Assembly: GCF_006345805.1 (NCBI RefSeq)
Contig: NC_042998.1
Location: 37,014,001-37,078,000 of the forward strand
DNA length: 64,000 nucleotides
Source: Octopus sinensis
Taxonomy: Eukaryota
Direction: 5' to 3'
Part shown: one piece after another, positions 13,293-27,824 of the stretch
Layout of the letters: the number at the start of each line of letters is the position of its first letter
Numbering within the stretch: position 1 is the first letter of the stretch
Notes under the pieces: generated by a model
Databases searched by the model: none
The model's input: only the letters and a program-made list of their open reading frames with translations
What the model was told of the DNA's origin: nothing
Translations under genes and position numbers: made by a program

Positions 13293-14229
13293 TATAATGT
13301 ATATATAATGTATGTATGTGTGTGTGTATATGTGTGCATGTATGCTTGTATGTATATATATGTACGTATGAAAAGACAAGTGGGAGATGCAATTGTGTAT
13401 ATTGGATCTACGGATAAGTAGTCTTAATTTAGCTATACAAAATATACCACACATCGGCATATGTAAAAAAAAAAAAATAGCAGAATATTAATTGCTGATG
13501 AAGTTCAAAGTCGTATTAATTGCTATCTTCATCGGGAGCTGAAACTCATCAATGCAGCACCAACACTTGACTCCGGTTTCAATTCAAATAATTTTAATTA
13601 ATTTCTCGAAATATACTTCAACACAGTTTCAAAGTATTTCGTGTTTTTTATTTTTCACAGAAAATTTGTAAAGGAGTGAGTGTGTGCATTTTCAAAGAAG
13701 GAAATAAAGTATTAGAAGGATTCGAAGAACTGATATACTTGTTAAAACGTTACATCTTATTGATACTTGATAAATTATTACCACTTGTTAACATTTCAAA
13801 TCTTAATTGAGGTTGTAGCAGTTGCTCTAGAAAACTAAGAACAACGTGTACGTCTTCCGCCCTACTTTAAGTTACCTGTAAAGAAATAATATTTGCTCTC
13901 TCGTATATTGAATTTTTTTTTTTGTTTCAAGTAAAAATAAACAATTTGAAATCGGAATTAAATGCATTAAGACGAGATGGAACCACAGAAAATAATATTA
14001 TCTGTCATGCAGGAAGATATAACAGTAATCTTCACAATTTCAAAGAACGGGTTTCAGAGACGAAGAATATAAAAACGCAGTAATAATTATTGAAGATATC
14101 GTAAACAAAATAACATTTTGCGAAAAAATCCCAAAGAAAACTATAATGCAATTTCGCACGATACGAATTTCGAAAATATATATAAATAATTTTGACACAA
14201 GGCCAGCAATATTGGTGGTGGAAGAAATG

Positions 14230-15060
14230 TAAAATCTAGAACATTGACCCTTTCTCTTTGTCTAAATATCTTTTCTGGAGGTAAGATTTGCATCTTGTGT
14301 TTCCCAACTTGTTCAATTTCCAGGTTTCTATTCTATTCAGATCTTGTCTTATTTTGTAGTCTCCTTTTCCACGTTTACTGTTATTTTTTAAAGTTTCCCT
14401 CTGGGATATTTAATCTTTTGGTGACTTACTACCCCTCCTGCATAGATGAATAAGTTAATGTCTCCTATATTTTTAGTATATATCTTACTGATAACAGAAT
14501 CTACTTTCCTAGTTATTTCTAGCGATTTCCTTCTGTTGGTGCCTTTTAATGCTTGCAATACTTCTTGTAACTCATCTAAAGTCTAATCTTCCTCACTTAA
14601 ATCACTTAAGTCGTTAGTGCCACTTGCCCCTTCCTTATTGTTGGCGCTATTATTATTTTTTTCCTCTAGATCCTTCTTTGGTTTGAACTGTATTTCTTAT
14701 GTTGTTGTTTCTTTCCTACTGCCTGCCCTCCCTTGTGATCTACTCTACCTCCAGTTCTGTCATTCACTTTCTTCTCCTAATAGCATTAGCTAGTTCAACT
14801 AATCTTTATCACCTCAAACATACCCTTCTCTAACCAAAGTGTTAACATCCGTTTTCTATATCGCCTTCTGTTAGGTTCACGTTCTAAGTAACGCTGCATC
14901 ACTATCCGGTGTTCTCCACCGGTCCACTTCCTTCTCCGTACTCTATTATCTATTGATGATGCTGTATTAGGATAACAGCCGTGGGTCGCCTGTCTCTCAT
15001 AAACTGAGGTAACGTAACGTTCGTCACCATCGTCATCACCACGATTATTTTTCGACATCT
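14230..15060 (-). mobile_element. Decayed N-terminal region of an R4/Dong-like RLE LINE
   Basis: ORF 14795-15058 reads RRRKWTGGEHRIVMQRYLEREPNRRRYRKRMLTLWLEKGMFEV, similar in style to KRNKWSREEYKEVI of the element at ~44.9 kb. Confidence 0.6.
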
Positions 15061-15480
15061 GAAAGTTTGAAACAACTTTCTATTGCATCATTCATTGTGC
15101 CTTTGTGCTGGTCGGGTACTGCGTGCTACATTTGTTAGTATGTGTGTGTGTGGGGGGGGGGGGTATATTATATTGCATGTTTTGTTATGGGCTTTGTTTT
15201 GAGGCTGCTATTACATTAGTTTTCGTAGTGTGCGTTGGTTCTGCAGCACAAGTTGTGTTCTTCTGTTGGGTATCGGTTTTCTATAGCACACGTTGTGAGG
15301 TTTGTTCATATTGTCGGGTACTTACAGTATGAGTTTAGTCTTGTACGCTTTATTTGGGGGCGTTGCATAGTAGTATGTGTGTAAATCATAGATAAACCGT
15401 TCTTTCTCTATTTTTTTCTTTTGGTTGGTTTTCCTATGGGTTCCGTTTTTACAGCGTTTACTTTTTAACCGAACACCGCC

Positions 15481-15481
15481 A

Positions 15482-15518
<37 letters not shown>

Positions 15519-15519
15519 T

Positions 15520-15577
<58 letters not shown>

Positions 15578-15605
15578 ACTACTACTACTACTACTGCTGC
15601 TGCTG

Positions 15606-15637
<32 letters not shown>

Positions 15638-15641
15638 GCTG

Positions 15642-15702
<61 letters not shown>

Positions 15703-15723
15703 CACTACTTCTACTACTACTAC
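15481..15723. repeat. (ACT)n array interrupted by (GCT)n
   Basis: Direct reading; source of the poly-T/V/S ORFs. Confidence 0.95.
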
Positions 15724-17405
15724 CATGTATAGTAGTTTTACTTTCTGTTCTTATTTTCCTAGAAGGATTGCGAAAGAAAAATCTGACGCGAAACAAAATA
15801 CTTCACTTTAACGAAATTATCATTTAATCTTGAAAGTTTTATTCGCCTACATCGTATCATATACTGATTTCCATAGCATTGGAATTATTATTTTCATTTA
15901 GAAAATGTAGAAATGACAATTAGTTGTAACCAGTTTTCATTATACTTATGTAAAATGCCTTCGCAGTTTTGGGGATCACGCAATGCCTTAAAGAATTGTT
16001 GTTTCGATTAAACTATGTACAATATTTTTAATTTGCTGAATGATAGTAAATCCACTCTATTCCGACCTCCTATGAATTTCTCTTATTAGCTCTGCCTTGG
16101 CGAATGCGGAGGTATTGTTTCCAGTCGTATTTGTTTGTTTGCGTAGAGAGAGGATATTTCAAGAACCACAGGAAAATGATATCCATAGAGAAGAAGATAT
16201 CGCAAGGACCACAGGTAGGATTCCACTGAAAATTTCAGGATTGTTTGGCCTCCTGACTGGCACGAGCTGAGTAGATTTTGGTGTCAATCTGGTAGCGGAC
16301 AAGGATGCTGGTTTATTTTCCCTGATTTTATTTAAGTTTTAGAGCAGTCGGTTTCATTTTTAGTATTCTCATTTGTTAGAGCAGTTGAGTTTATTTCAGA
16401 TATTTTCATTTTAAGGATCATCCCTGGCTAATCGTTGGTAGGACGATGGTGTTGCCTTGGTGGAGGTTTGCGCTTTCTTAATGCTCTTGTTTAAATTTTT
16501 GATTAGATATAAACCATATATACTACTGGCTGCTCATTTTATTCAAATCTGTTTATCTCGCTCGAAATACCTTAGAGTCGAAGTTCAGTTTACAAGTTAA
16601 TAAAATCATGATGGCTAAATTCAATTAGCCCGTCTTGACCAGCAAAAATATGTAACGTTGCTGACTAATCGTTATTTATGAAGACAGAAGAAAACGGAAG
16701 AGATTAAATGTGTAGATAACGTGACATTTGCATCGATCAAATTTGTGCAATTCTCTACAGATATTTCAAGTAACAAATAACCTCAATATCACAAGATGTC
16801 CATTTTTTACTTGGATAGTAAATACATCAGAATCAGGCGATTGGTCTGACTGATACTTACAACAGCTCCGGAGATATTCAACAGTTTCAAAACTCTGATA
16901 TGAAATGTAAATTGATTGTATCGATGCTTTCATTAGATACATATTTGTTTATCGATAGAATAAACATATGCTAAAGTATAAACTTTAAGTTTTCACGGAT
17001 GTTATTCCATCTCTGAAAGAAAAAGAAATACTAAATCCGACAGCTCATATTTTAAGAGATCTTAGATTGTGACACTTGGTTTCCTTAGTACTGTTTACTT
17101 TTAACATTTATATAAGTTTTATGAAAACACGTTCGAAAATTGTGTACAATCTTCATACAATGATAACTTGACAAGCGATCCTCTTGGTGTACTATGCCAT
17201 ATCAAAATTAGCTTCAAATTTACTATGGCAGCTAGACAACAATATAAAGTGACGTGAAGCGTAATGACACTTGCCGTCGAGGGTTTTGATATAGGTTATC
17301 GAGATCGCTGCTACTGAAGAAACAAGTAATGTTATCCAACTACCTATATGTATGCATGTATGTAAGTATGTACGCTTGTATGTATGTATTTGTGTGTATG
17401 TATGT

Positions 17406-17513
<108 letters not shown>

Positions 17514-18369
17514 ATAAATCTATCAGCCTATATAATGTGCATCTGTTAGTATAGTTACTATATAAGTTTTAATACTAATATAAAATTTCCTCTATGTCAT
17601 TCTTGAATAAAGCAAAACGAGATATGAACGTAAGTGGATAAAAAGTTAATTATATGTGCATTTACTTGTATAGATCCACGTGACGGAAAGACATTCCTAT
17701 GTGTTTTGATTAGAGAGAAATATGCTGAACATCTATTCTTTACAAATAATACATAATTAATTAAATATCCACCATGAAAAGCTGCTTCAATTTATTGCCT
17801 GTGGGTTATATGTTAACGTATGCATGTGTGTACATATATATATAGCGAGAAAGAGAGAGAGAGAGAGAGAGAGGGAGAGAAAGAGAGAGACACACATGCG
17901 CGCGCGCACACACGGATACAATCACAAACAATCATAAAGATGTATTCATATATATCATATTCGTGTGCATTGTCCGTTCGCGTATGTCTGTGTGTGCGGT
18001 ATAATTCAATGAAATCGTGATAGCATTTCACCACTGTTCTCCACTGAGTAAGCGAAAGCTAGTCGTCAATTACTGCTACAAAGCGATATTAGAAACTTTC
18101 AATTCACTATCCTTTGCATTAGAATGGCGAGATCCAGTGCTAAAGCAGAACTCTGACCGAACAGCCCAACGTATTTTTTTCATGTTTCCTTTTCTCTCTT
18201 TGTCATGATTAGCTTTTCTAATCATAGCAAGGGACTTCAACCTTGTAGACAGTAATCATTACGCGTAAGGCAAAAATTTGGTGTACCATAATCCGTCACA
18301 ATTGCGTTGCTATTGACGTGAATGGATATTTCGGGAATTTTATAGTAAATCTGGATACCAGAAGTCTTT

Positions 18370-18620
18370 GAGGATACTTGCTCACTCAGCTATGCAAAAT
18401 TTACAACGTCCGTTCCCGTTGATATAACATCCTGGCCGCTCTATAATCCTCTGCTTGATATCCTATGGGGTCCCTTCATCTTTAAGGCTCCACGTGTGTC
18501 TTGCCAGGGACGTGACGAATCGTCTTTCCGGAATCATGATAGAAGACCTGTGGTTCCACGGGTGCCGTTATGGGCTAGAAGCGTCCAAAAGGCGGAGGTT
18601 CCCCATTCGCCTTTTTAGCC
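18370..18620 (-). pseudogene. Decayed PLE GIY-YIG endonuclease fragment
   Basis: Minus strand reads WNHRSSIMIPERRFVTSLARHTWSLKDEGTP*DIKQRII...GNGRCKFCIAE*ASIL, colinear with NH..LSKLIWRLKD..CNLCVSE of ORF 37802-38971. Confidence 0.7.
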
Positions 18621-21611
18621 CGTATGGACTGCTTAGTGAAATGGTCGAAGGGAGATAACATAACGACCTTACATATCGACTTTTATTTCTTCACTGCTGC
18701 ATTTGTTAGAAAAAATATTATGCATACTGGTCAGTGATTGTGCAATATCTTATATCTTCGTCGGAATCTTTTGGGGGAATTTGTTTATTATTTGTAATAT
18801 TTGGCAGTAGTATATAAGTATCGTTTCGATATTTTAATTTAGTTGCAAATTTGAGTCACGCTGATAAAATAATTTATGTTTCTCTTTTGTTAAGTTCTAA
18901 CCAAATTTTTTTCATAGAGCTCATGTCACTGTTTTTGAATTACAAGGCAAGCATGCTGTAGTTATTGTGATACGGTACAGAGGAGTTTTCTTGGTAATAT
19001 TCTTTGTAGAACATTCCTTAGACAATCTACACAAATATTATTTTTGGCGTCCCCAATTTTTTTGGTTTTATACATAGATGCTGGCTTATATCCTGTACTC
19101 CAGGTTTTCAGGGTTTTAAATTTCTTCATTTCGGATTTTGTTTAGGAAATTACTACCGATTTAGCTACGGTTCATAATATACTTGTCTCAGAAATCGGCG
19201 AGAAACAGTTTATTTATTATCCAAAATATTCACAGCTACATCTATGCACTATTTTTGAGATTTTTTTTTTATTACTGCTTGAGTAGATTTTATTTTGTGA
19301 GGCTATAAAATTTAGCATTAGGAAATCTAGCTTCATTAGCACATATAAATGAATTCTTTCAGATAATAATGCAGTTCTCAACGGACAAGAATTTGTAAGA
19401 TAAAACGTTATTACAACTCATTAAAATCCAGTGAAATATGAGTCTATGCGAGTGTGTATGTGTGTGTGCGTGTGTGTGTGTGGTGTGTGTGTGTGTGTGT
19501 GTATGTGTGTGTGTGTACAACTCATTAAAATACTTTATGATACACAATCACATATACACATACATACGTAATTAGCTCTGTTTAACTTTTGCCGAGACGA
19601 ATATGTTTTACGTTAAATGAAGTCACTGCGTAAATACTCACCTGAATATGCGTTGAATCTTACATAATAATGACAGTTAAAAATGAAACATTGAACACGA
19701 GCCTCTCTTATAAATAAATGGGTGTCTCTTCCATATGGAGATACAGCTAATCATAATGAAAGGAACTATTTACTCCCACTTCTGATTGGTTTTCCACCTT
19801 CAAACATGATGCCAATCATTACAATTAATGTCGCTTTTCTGACAAGTATGAAACATATGGCTTTGTAAGTTGCGATATTATTGTCACCGTATCGCAACTT
19901 CTACAACAGAGTTAAGCACTCGAAAAGGAACCGCTAATGTTAAAGTAGAAGGAAAGTATTTCAAGTGCCATTTGCTCGAAACAAACTCAGCTGTTGATAT
20001 AGCATTCACGTTCATAAAGTCTTATAAATTATTTTTCTCATGAAATATACGTGAATAAATGTCTAATGACTTAGCAATACAACGTTTTCAACTTTGGAGT
20101 TTCCAAGAGAATATCACAGTAGACTACTGTGATATATCGGAAAACCTGTCTAATGCACCTCATGCAAAAGTTAAACAGATTTTAGGTGATAAGATATATT
20201 GTTCTTTTTTTCTAACCATGTTTATTTTTTCTTCGATTTGTAATACTCTTTGCATTAAATGTATCTGAAAATGACATATTTTTTGTTTTTCGTGGAAATT
20301 ACTTGATTGAAATGGCGTTGCAATTGCTGAAAAACATTCGTACATCATATTAGCCGGATTATTCAGGCACTTGCTAAACCTATTTGAATAACTAAAGACT
20401 GATAATGTATTTAATGAAGGCAGTAAACTTAATTACGCAATAAGATTATATAATCATGCGAGATGTTGTGCATGTAACTGCCAAAATTCCATCCGGAGAG
20501 TAATAAAAAAAAGCTTAACGCATCTTTACAGACCCAGTGAAATAATACGAAATATATTTCGGTGAAATGATACAGAAGTAGCTGTCTTTCGGTCGCACTC
20601 TTTTTTATATATAATGTACATACAATGGTGGGCGTTTAATTTAACGGAAATAACAGTTAAACCTCCCTCTGACATCAAAATAACATTTAATAGAAAAAAT
20701 AAGGAAACTTTAGTTAAAGCATTTCTAGTTCATTACATAAAATAACCTTAGATCACATTAAATAGAACAATAAGAAGATGGATAATATCCACAGTATATA
20801 ACCTGGGGCCATCCAACAGCGATAACACATTCATTTAGGTATAAAAAACCTTTTGTAGTCCATTAGATGCATTATTCTTACAACTGTAGTAATAACAGTA
20901 CGGTGTACCTTGAATACTTCACTTTATTGAAAGAACGTCCTGCAATATCTCATGTTTTGCAAACAACTTGCACATGCAAGTGCTACTAGTCGAGAGCTAC
21001 GCATACCGGAAGCCAGCAAGTGTATGAGCTCATCAGGAGAGAATGCGCGCCGTTTCGGGGCCTGCCTCTTGACGGCACCAATGCGCGCCGCCTCCCCCTC
21101 ACTGATATGAGACCCCGGTTGCTAGATCAACTTAGTTATCAAATAAAGCTCCATATTCTTCTAGTCATTTCTCATCGTCTCTTCTAACCCAAATCCAGTG
21201 ATATAGACTCTACCATTTTATTGACCGTGAGAAGCAACAACAACGAGGTCCTGACTCATGGTCAAGCACTCAAATTCCTCAACTACGGCAACAACGACGT
21301 CTCCGATAGATGGTCCATGTTCATGGTTATATAAGATGAGGGTATTCCTTAAAATGTTTTGTAAGCTTCAATACCCTCCAATAAAGGAGTCGTGTTCGGA
21401 AGTCATCTACTTTACAAAGTTGCCTTCAAGAGAGTCAGTCGCCAAATGCAATCATTGTAATCTAGACTGTCAATGATACACCCGTCTATTTAATCAATCA
21501 GTCGCGTCCGTGTAAAACACGACAGTGGTGCAGAACCAGTGTTTATACGTACATACATACATACATACATACATACATTATGCATGTGATTAGCAGTTCT
21601 CATAAAATATC

Positions 21612-21840
21612 CGTTTCTTTATTACCCACAAGGGGCTAAACATAGAGGGGACAAACAAGGACAGACAAACGGATTAAGTCGATTACATCGACCCCAGTGC
21701 GTAACTGGTACTTAATTTATCGACCCCGAAAGGATGAAAGGCAAAGTGGACCTGGGCGGAATTTGAACTCAGAACATAACGGCAGACGAAATACGGCTAC
21801 GCATTTCGCCCGGCGTGCTAACGATTCTGCCAGCTCGCCG
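21612..21840 (-). mobile_element. tRNA-derived SINE, near full length
   Basis: Minus strand: GGCGAGCTGGCAGAATCG (A-box-like), GAGTTCAAATTCC (B-box), central GCCTTTCATCCTTTCGGGGTCGATAAATTAAGTACCAG. Confidence 0.8.
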
Positions 21841-21874
21841 ATTGTCCTAAAATATCGTCACGGTACTACCTCCA

Positions 21875-23185
21875 TATACGACACAATGTTGTTGCAGAAA
21901 CAATTTACAATGCCATCCACAAAAGAGACTGTCCTGAAATAAAATTAGAAAATCTCTCTGTTATGGAATACGTTCATAAACACCAAACCAAGGAATACTG
22001 GTGGAATATTTCCATGAAAAGTTCTGTCAAATGTAAACATAACAGGGTAGATATTGCTATTTGGGACAGAGGGGCAAAAACAAGAGGATATCTATGGATA
22101 GCTGCTTCGAAACCTCCAGCTTGTATATCCAGACTATGAGTTCATATTCATACCAATAATAAGTGGAGCGCTAGGTTTGGTTAGTAACTGCTTAAAGGAG
22201 AATCTGGATAAACTGGGATTTTCAGGAAGACAAACTGGCCGGCTGATTCGTACATTACAAGTGCAATCTGTGAGTAGAACAGTAAAAATATGCAAGACTT
22301 TTCTCAAGTTTCAAATGCGAATTTCTCTGTGTTAACTACATCCCAAAGATGGAGCCTTGTATCTTTATTGGAAATCATCTCCCTCCTCAGTGGAAGATTT
22401 ATAATAATTAAAAAGTAGAAGAGACATACAGACATAAATAATACATGCATGCATACATACATACATACATACATACATACATACATACATACATACATAC
22501 ATACATACATACATACATACATACATAAATAGTTACTCTATCCAGATTAATAAGTTCGGGTTTATACCTGTAATAATTGGGGCTCTGGGATATGTAATAT
22601 ACTGCCTACATACCAATCTTGAGAAATTAGGCTTCTCAAAATCGGATTGGAGAAAGCTAATTCAAAGACTACCGATCCAGTCCATCACTACAACTCTGAA
22701 AATCTGCAAAAACTTTCCGGAAGTTTATCATTTAAATATATATGAGCATGTGTAGATATACAACTATAGATATGAGAATACATACATAAAGCAAACCATA
22801 AAAATCTGCACATATACATACATACATACATACATACATACATACATACATACACACTTACGTACGTACGTTCATACATACAACCAAATAAACGCTGTTG
22901 TTAATTTTGAAATTTCAATGAAGGAATCTTGGATCTAGGTTAGAAACCGGCTCTTTCTCTGTTGGCAGGAAATCTTGAAATAAACTGAATCATGACATAC
23001 ATACATACATACATACATACACATACACACATACACACATACACACATACATACATACATACGTACGTACAAAAATAACTTGTTGTTGATGTTGAAATTC
23101 CAATGAATGGGCTTTGGATCTACGTTAGAAGGCGGCTCTCTATTGGCAAAGAATCTTGAAATAAAATTGATTAATCACATACGAA
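21875..23185 (+). mobile_element. Stack of 3' fragments of RLE-type (R4/Dong-like) LINEs separated by (TACA)n arrays
   Basis: EYWWNISMKSSVKCKHNRVDIAIWD (RLE PD motif) at ~21990-22070; FIPIISGALG...KICKTFLKF at ~22150-22315; a second family FIPVIIGALG...KICKTFRKFII* at ~22560-22735; two copies of a 3' UTR segment at ~22895-23000 and ~23077-23175. Confidence 0.75.
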
Positions 23186-23791
23186 CATACATTATGCATA
23201 TGATATATATACACATAAAAACACTCAAGGAATTGAACAGCTAAAATAATATTATCATTCGTCCTACGCCTTGGAATGTTAAGAGCATTGCAAGTGCTAA
23301 GGACATTATCCTGTCGAATGCATTGCTAAACGCATATGACTGTTCAAACGAGAGACTAAACTGCATCTAACACGTGGTGATATTGGTTCAATACTCCATA
23401 CATGATAATTTGTGTCACTGAATACGCATCTTCAAGGCTAATTAAATGATTTCCAAGATGTACCATTTCCGATATTGAAAAAAAAGTATACAGGGCATAG
23501 TCTCTAACTTTGAGATATCAAAAATGGTTACGGAACGTTGTATATTTTGTATAGAAAATTTCTGTAATTTTGTTAAATTACGCAGCGGTTTTATCGGCGG
23601 TTGTCTATGTTATTGGTCACAGAATTTTCTGATGAAATGAAACATATGTGGAGTATGCCATATGTCTTAACCTGTGCCTGAAGAAGCTGTAAATGGTGAA
23701 TACATACATACACACACAAACATACATACACATATATATAAATATTTAACTATATACATGTCTACATACATATATCTATATACATGTCTAC

Positions 23792-23871
<80 letters not shown>

Positions 23872-26419
23872 TATATATATATACACATATATCGCTTTGT
23901 GTCTCTTTTTGCCTGGAGATATATATACACACATACACATACATTGATGTGTTTGTGAGTATTTAATGTCTGCTTATCTAAAGAATCAGTTAACGGTGGC
24001 TACATCAAATTATTCTTGCTATATTTTCTATAACTCAATCATCTCTCACTTTGATGTAATCAAAGGAAATATGAGCAGCATCATTCGTGGTACCATCAAA
24101 TGTAATTTATAATCTCCCAAGCATACAATACTTTATAGTATCTTTGAACATTTCGTATTTGCATTCTCCATAATATATATGTTAGTAAATCTTGATAGAA
24201 TATTTGTCCTCATTGGTGCCCTATCGCTCCCAGGGAATACATCAATTTTTGCAAAATAACAAGTAAAAAAACGTTTAACCATGCCAACCACACGCAAATT
24301 TTTCCTTAGTTGTAGATTTTATTAAGATACACAAATGAGGAACAAAATGGAACTACAAATGCATGGGATTTCAAATGTTTGTTTTCTGACAGAAGAGAAT
24401 GATATTAAAGAAACGATGGAAAGTGAAGTACAAAGTATATATCATTGTTTGCAGCGTCAATACCAAGCATAGTTTCGAATTTCTTTGACAGCATGCATAC
24501 TCTAGGATGCGTAGTTTAAAATTGTTATGTTTATACTAAGTTATTTTTTTATTATTATTGCATCTGCATTGGGTGACTGCAGACACAAATTATTTGAATT
24601 ACTACAAATGCCAATTGGATAAATATTCACAGCATACAATACGCTTGTATCATCCCATCTCGTACACATGTTTTCCTATATAGCTATATAAAGCGTCCTT
24701 GTTAGATGTGAAACCGCTTAGGTATCACTGCAACGTCCATTAATCTGAGGCATTAGACTCAACAGGGAGATGATAAATTACAATTATACTAGGTGTACAT
24801 ACACAAACCACACGTGACACGTTTCATTGGAAATATAACAGACGGTTTCAGTACAATATACGCTGACTTGTGTCATTCCATCCACCACAGAGCTCTTTCG
24901 TTACCATCAACAATGGGCTGTGACACGAGCAACGGTACTAATATCTCGTTCAACTTATATCACTGTTTCCCAACTATACAAACTGATCTTACTTTTATCA
25001 TTACAGTTGTCTATGCGTCATTACGAATAGTGTGGCTCTCCAATACAAACAGTTGAAGTGTTATTGGAAGCATTTTCATAACATTTCGCCCTGGACAAAA
25101 GTTACAAACGATGTGCACATGATCTGCAAATGGATTACCCTTGAAATACTCACGCCAATTTTGCTTTATAGATCTATAGTATCCTGAAATAGCTGTTACT
25201 GGATTGAGGTGCATACACTTGTCACTTAAAATCAAGACTATATACTACATGTGCCAATGGTGTTCAAAGGTGTAGAGAAATCTACAGTGAGTGAATGTAT
25301 GTATATGTTTAAGATACAAACACATCGAAAACCTGCTCTCTGCAACTCCAGACGGCAACGGACGCATCAATCTCCTTAATCAAGTGTTAATTACTGTTGA
25401 AGTAGTGCAAATTAAATAGGCGGCATTCCTGCATGGTCATAACCTGCAAGATAAAGCTTAGAAGAAAATAACCGGAGAGAAATAGTTTACAGCGAAAAAC
25501 ATTGAGTAACCTCGGAGCGAATCCAGGTATAAAGATGTATATGCTTTCTTTCCTTTGTAAAGTTAATGTATGTATATTCCGATATATACATTTACACACA
25601 TATAATATACACGCATACATATATATGTGTAATTAACGTTGTGCGTTTCAGTATTTCTCTCTCTACATGTGCATAGAAGCTTTTTATTTCATATTTTGTT
25701 AAACGGTGGGTCAAACGAAACAATTAGATTCTCGACTTTAAAGGAAACAGAAGTGTAAACGTACGTGAAATGAAATAATAATTTTATTTTCAAACATTAA
25801 CATATTACATTATTGCAATCATTTTATATCTGAGAATATTAAACAGCCTTCAAATTCCAGTTTGTATTCTTTGAATTTATTCTAATAATATTGATTCAAT
25901 AAGTACAGAGAAATCTGAAAATTTAGAAAAATAATGTAAAAGGTTGAACTGAAGTATTATTTTAATTAATTCCATATTACCGAAACTAAAGCCTCATAGA
26001 AAGTTTGATAAATGAACATTTTCTAACCAATTTATCTTTAGTCTGCTTATAAATAATATCTCATTCATACCTTATGAAATTAATAGTATTAAATTAATTA
26101 TTATTGCTCGCAATAATATTTAATTGGATATTAAGTTAAAATCGTTTGGTTTGATCCATCTTCTGTCATTTTGTGCAAGCAAATTATGATACATTAATTT
26201 ACGAACAAAATTCCAATCAGCATCAAACTCTAATATGCTTATTTTACAAATTGAAGTATTACTTGACATCATCTTCATCATATAAATGGGATTATAATGC
26301 ACGAAAAAGAAAAGCAAGATTAGGGTGGCGAGCTGCACTCTCATTAGTGCGCTGAACGAAATACTACGCGGTGGCAATTTGTCGTACATCCTCAGCTGAA
26401 ACATCTTTTCTGGTTTATT

Positions 26420-26770
26420 TTGTCCTTCAGTTTTTCGGGTTCGATAAAATAAGTATCAGTTGACCAGTGGGGTCAATGCAATCGAGTGATGCTCTTCCCT
26501 GTATTTGCTGGCTTAGTGCCAAAATTTGAAATCAATATTTCCCTTTACAAGAGCAGCGAGTTGGCAGAATCTTTTGAAAGCTGGGCAAAAATATTCCTAA
26601 CATTTTCTTCAGTTTTACGTTTTGAGTTCAAATTCCGCTGAAGTTAATTTTGATTTACATCCTTACCAGGTTGATAAAGTAAGTGCGTGCCGGTTGAGTA
26701 ATGGGATCAACATACTTGACTTAGGCCCCTCCTTCAAACTTGCTGGTCTTGTGCCAAAATTTGTGAGTAA
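26420..26770 (+). mobile_element. Two adjacent degenerate tRNA-SINE copies
   Basis: GCAGCGAGTTGGCAGAATC, GAGTTCAAATTCCG and GATAAAATAAGTA.CAG motifs; both end in GTGCCAAAATTTG. Confidence 0.6.
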
Positions 26771-27578
26771 TATTTCCCTTCTCATTGAATGTCTATAAAA
26801 TATTATTCAAATCATTACATAGAGAAACAAATGCATATTTAGAATGTTTCGCTCTCGTATCCTACAAACACAATATGAACATGCGTTATATTATTTTTAA
26901 ACATGAGTGGATTTTAGCCCTATAAATTAATAAAATTATTTCTTAATTTATTGATTATTTTACATTTTTCTTTATAGGACACAATTCTTGGCAGTCGATT
27001 AATTTACGCTTTCGAGGAGGAATAAATTCATTTCTACATTCAAATTAATCCAACTTTAACTTTGGTTAACCTAGCTTAAACCACCATTCCGATATTTCCT
27101 AGAATACAACCGGAGAATATAATACCGAGTGAATAATTGAAGTAGTTGTTCTATGAATGTTATTTATTTATTCATTAGAATTTGTAACGAATTTTTATAA
27201 TAAACTATCCGAGTTTTGATGAATACAAAAAAAAATCGATATCAAACAAAATGATGACTCGTGCAACTACACGCTTCATCACACGGGTTCCAGCTCAGTG
27301 TATTATTTCTCAAAATTCAAAGATAATTCAAAGCTAATTCGTTCATCAACATAAAACTAATCCAGGTGACACATTCATTGGGAATTACCTGTTTGGTAGT
27401 TACCTATAGACTTCGTAACGCTCATCTCTCCCACAAATTTTTCAACCTCCTTTACTTTCCTTCAACACAGTTTTTTTCCTTCATGGAAAATAAAGTGCAT
27501 CAACATCGTCACATCATGTGTGCATGGGTATTGTATCTGTGTGTATCAATATAAGTATAAATACCTGTGTATAAATAT

Positions 27579-27633
<55 letters not shown>

Positions 27634-27644
27634 TATATATATTT

Positions 27645-27795
27645 CCCCGTCACTTTGCGGTTCGGCAAAAAGAGACCGATAGAATAAGTACTGGACTTAC
27701 AAAGAATAAGTTCCGGGGTCGAGTTGCTCGACTAAAGGCGGTGCTCCAGCATGGCCGCAGTCAATGACTGAAACAAGTAAAAGAGTAAAAGAGAG
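27645..27795 (+). mobile_element. SINE 3' half with (GTAAAAGA)n tail
   Basis: Reverse complement of the copy at 48220-48420; tail GGCGGTGCTCCAGCATGGCCGCAGTC..GACTGAAACAAGTAAAAGAGTAAAAGAG. Confidence 0.75.
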
Positions 27796-27824
27796 TAATA
27801 TATATATATATATATATATATATA

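Noticed and set aside
13488-13550. GCTGATGAAG...GAAACTC hammerhead-like motif
   Set aside because: CTGATGAAG pairs with CTTCATCGG as a plain hairpin; no valid stem II/III geometry.
19625-19800. Minus-strand donor CAG|GTGAGT near a CCAAT motif
   Set aside because: Isolated short motifs expected by chance; no evidence for a promoter.
21612-21840. tRNA gene-like A/B boxes (also at 26560, 31568, 48065, 48630)
   Set aside because: No cloverleaf; the boxes continue into SINE bodies, so they are SINE heads.
22895-23175. CAATGA..GAAACCGG resembling a hammerhead
   Set aside because: There is no CUGANGA core or NUH site, and the segment is better explained as the RLE LINE 3' UTR.
26120-26404. 94-aa minus-strand ORF in unique-looking DNA
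   Set aside because: No recognisable motifs or splice context; length compatible with chance.
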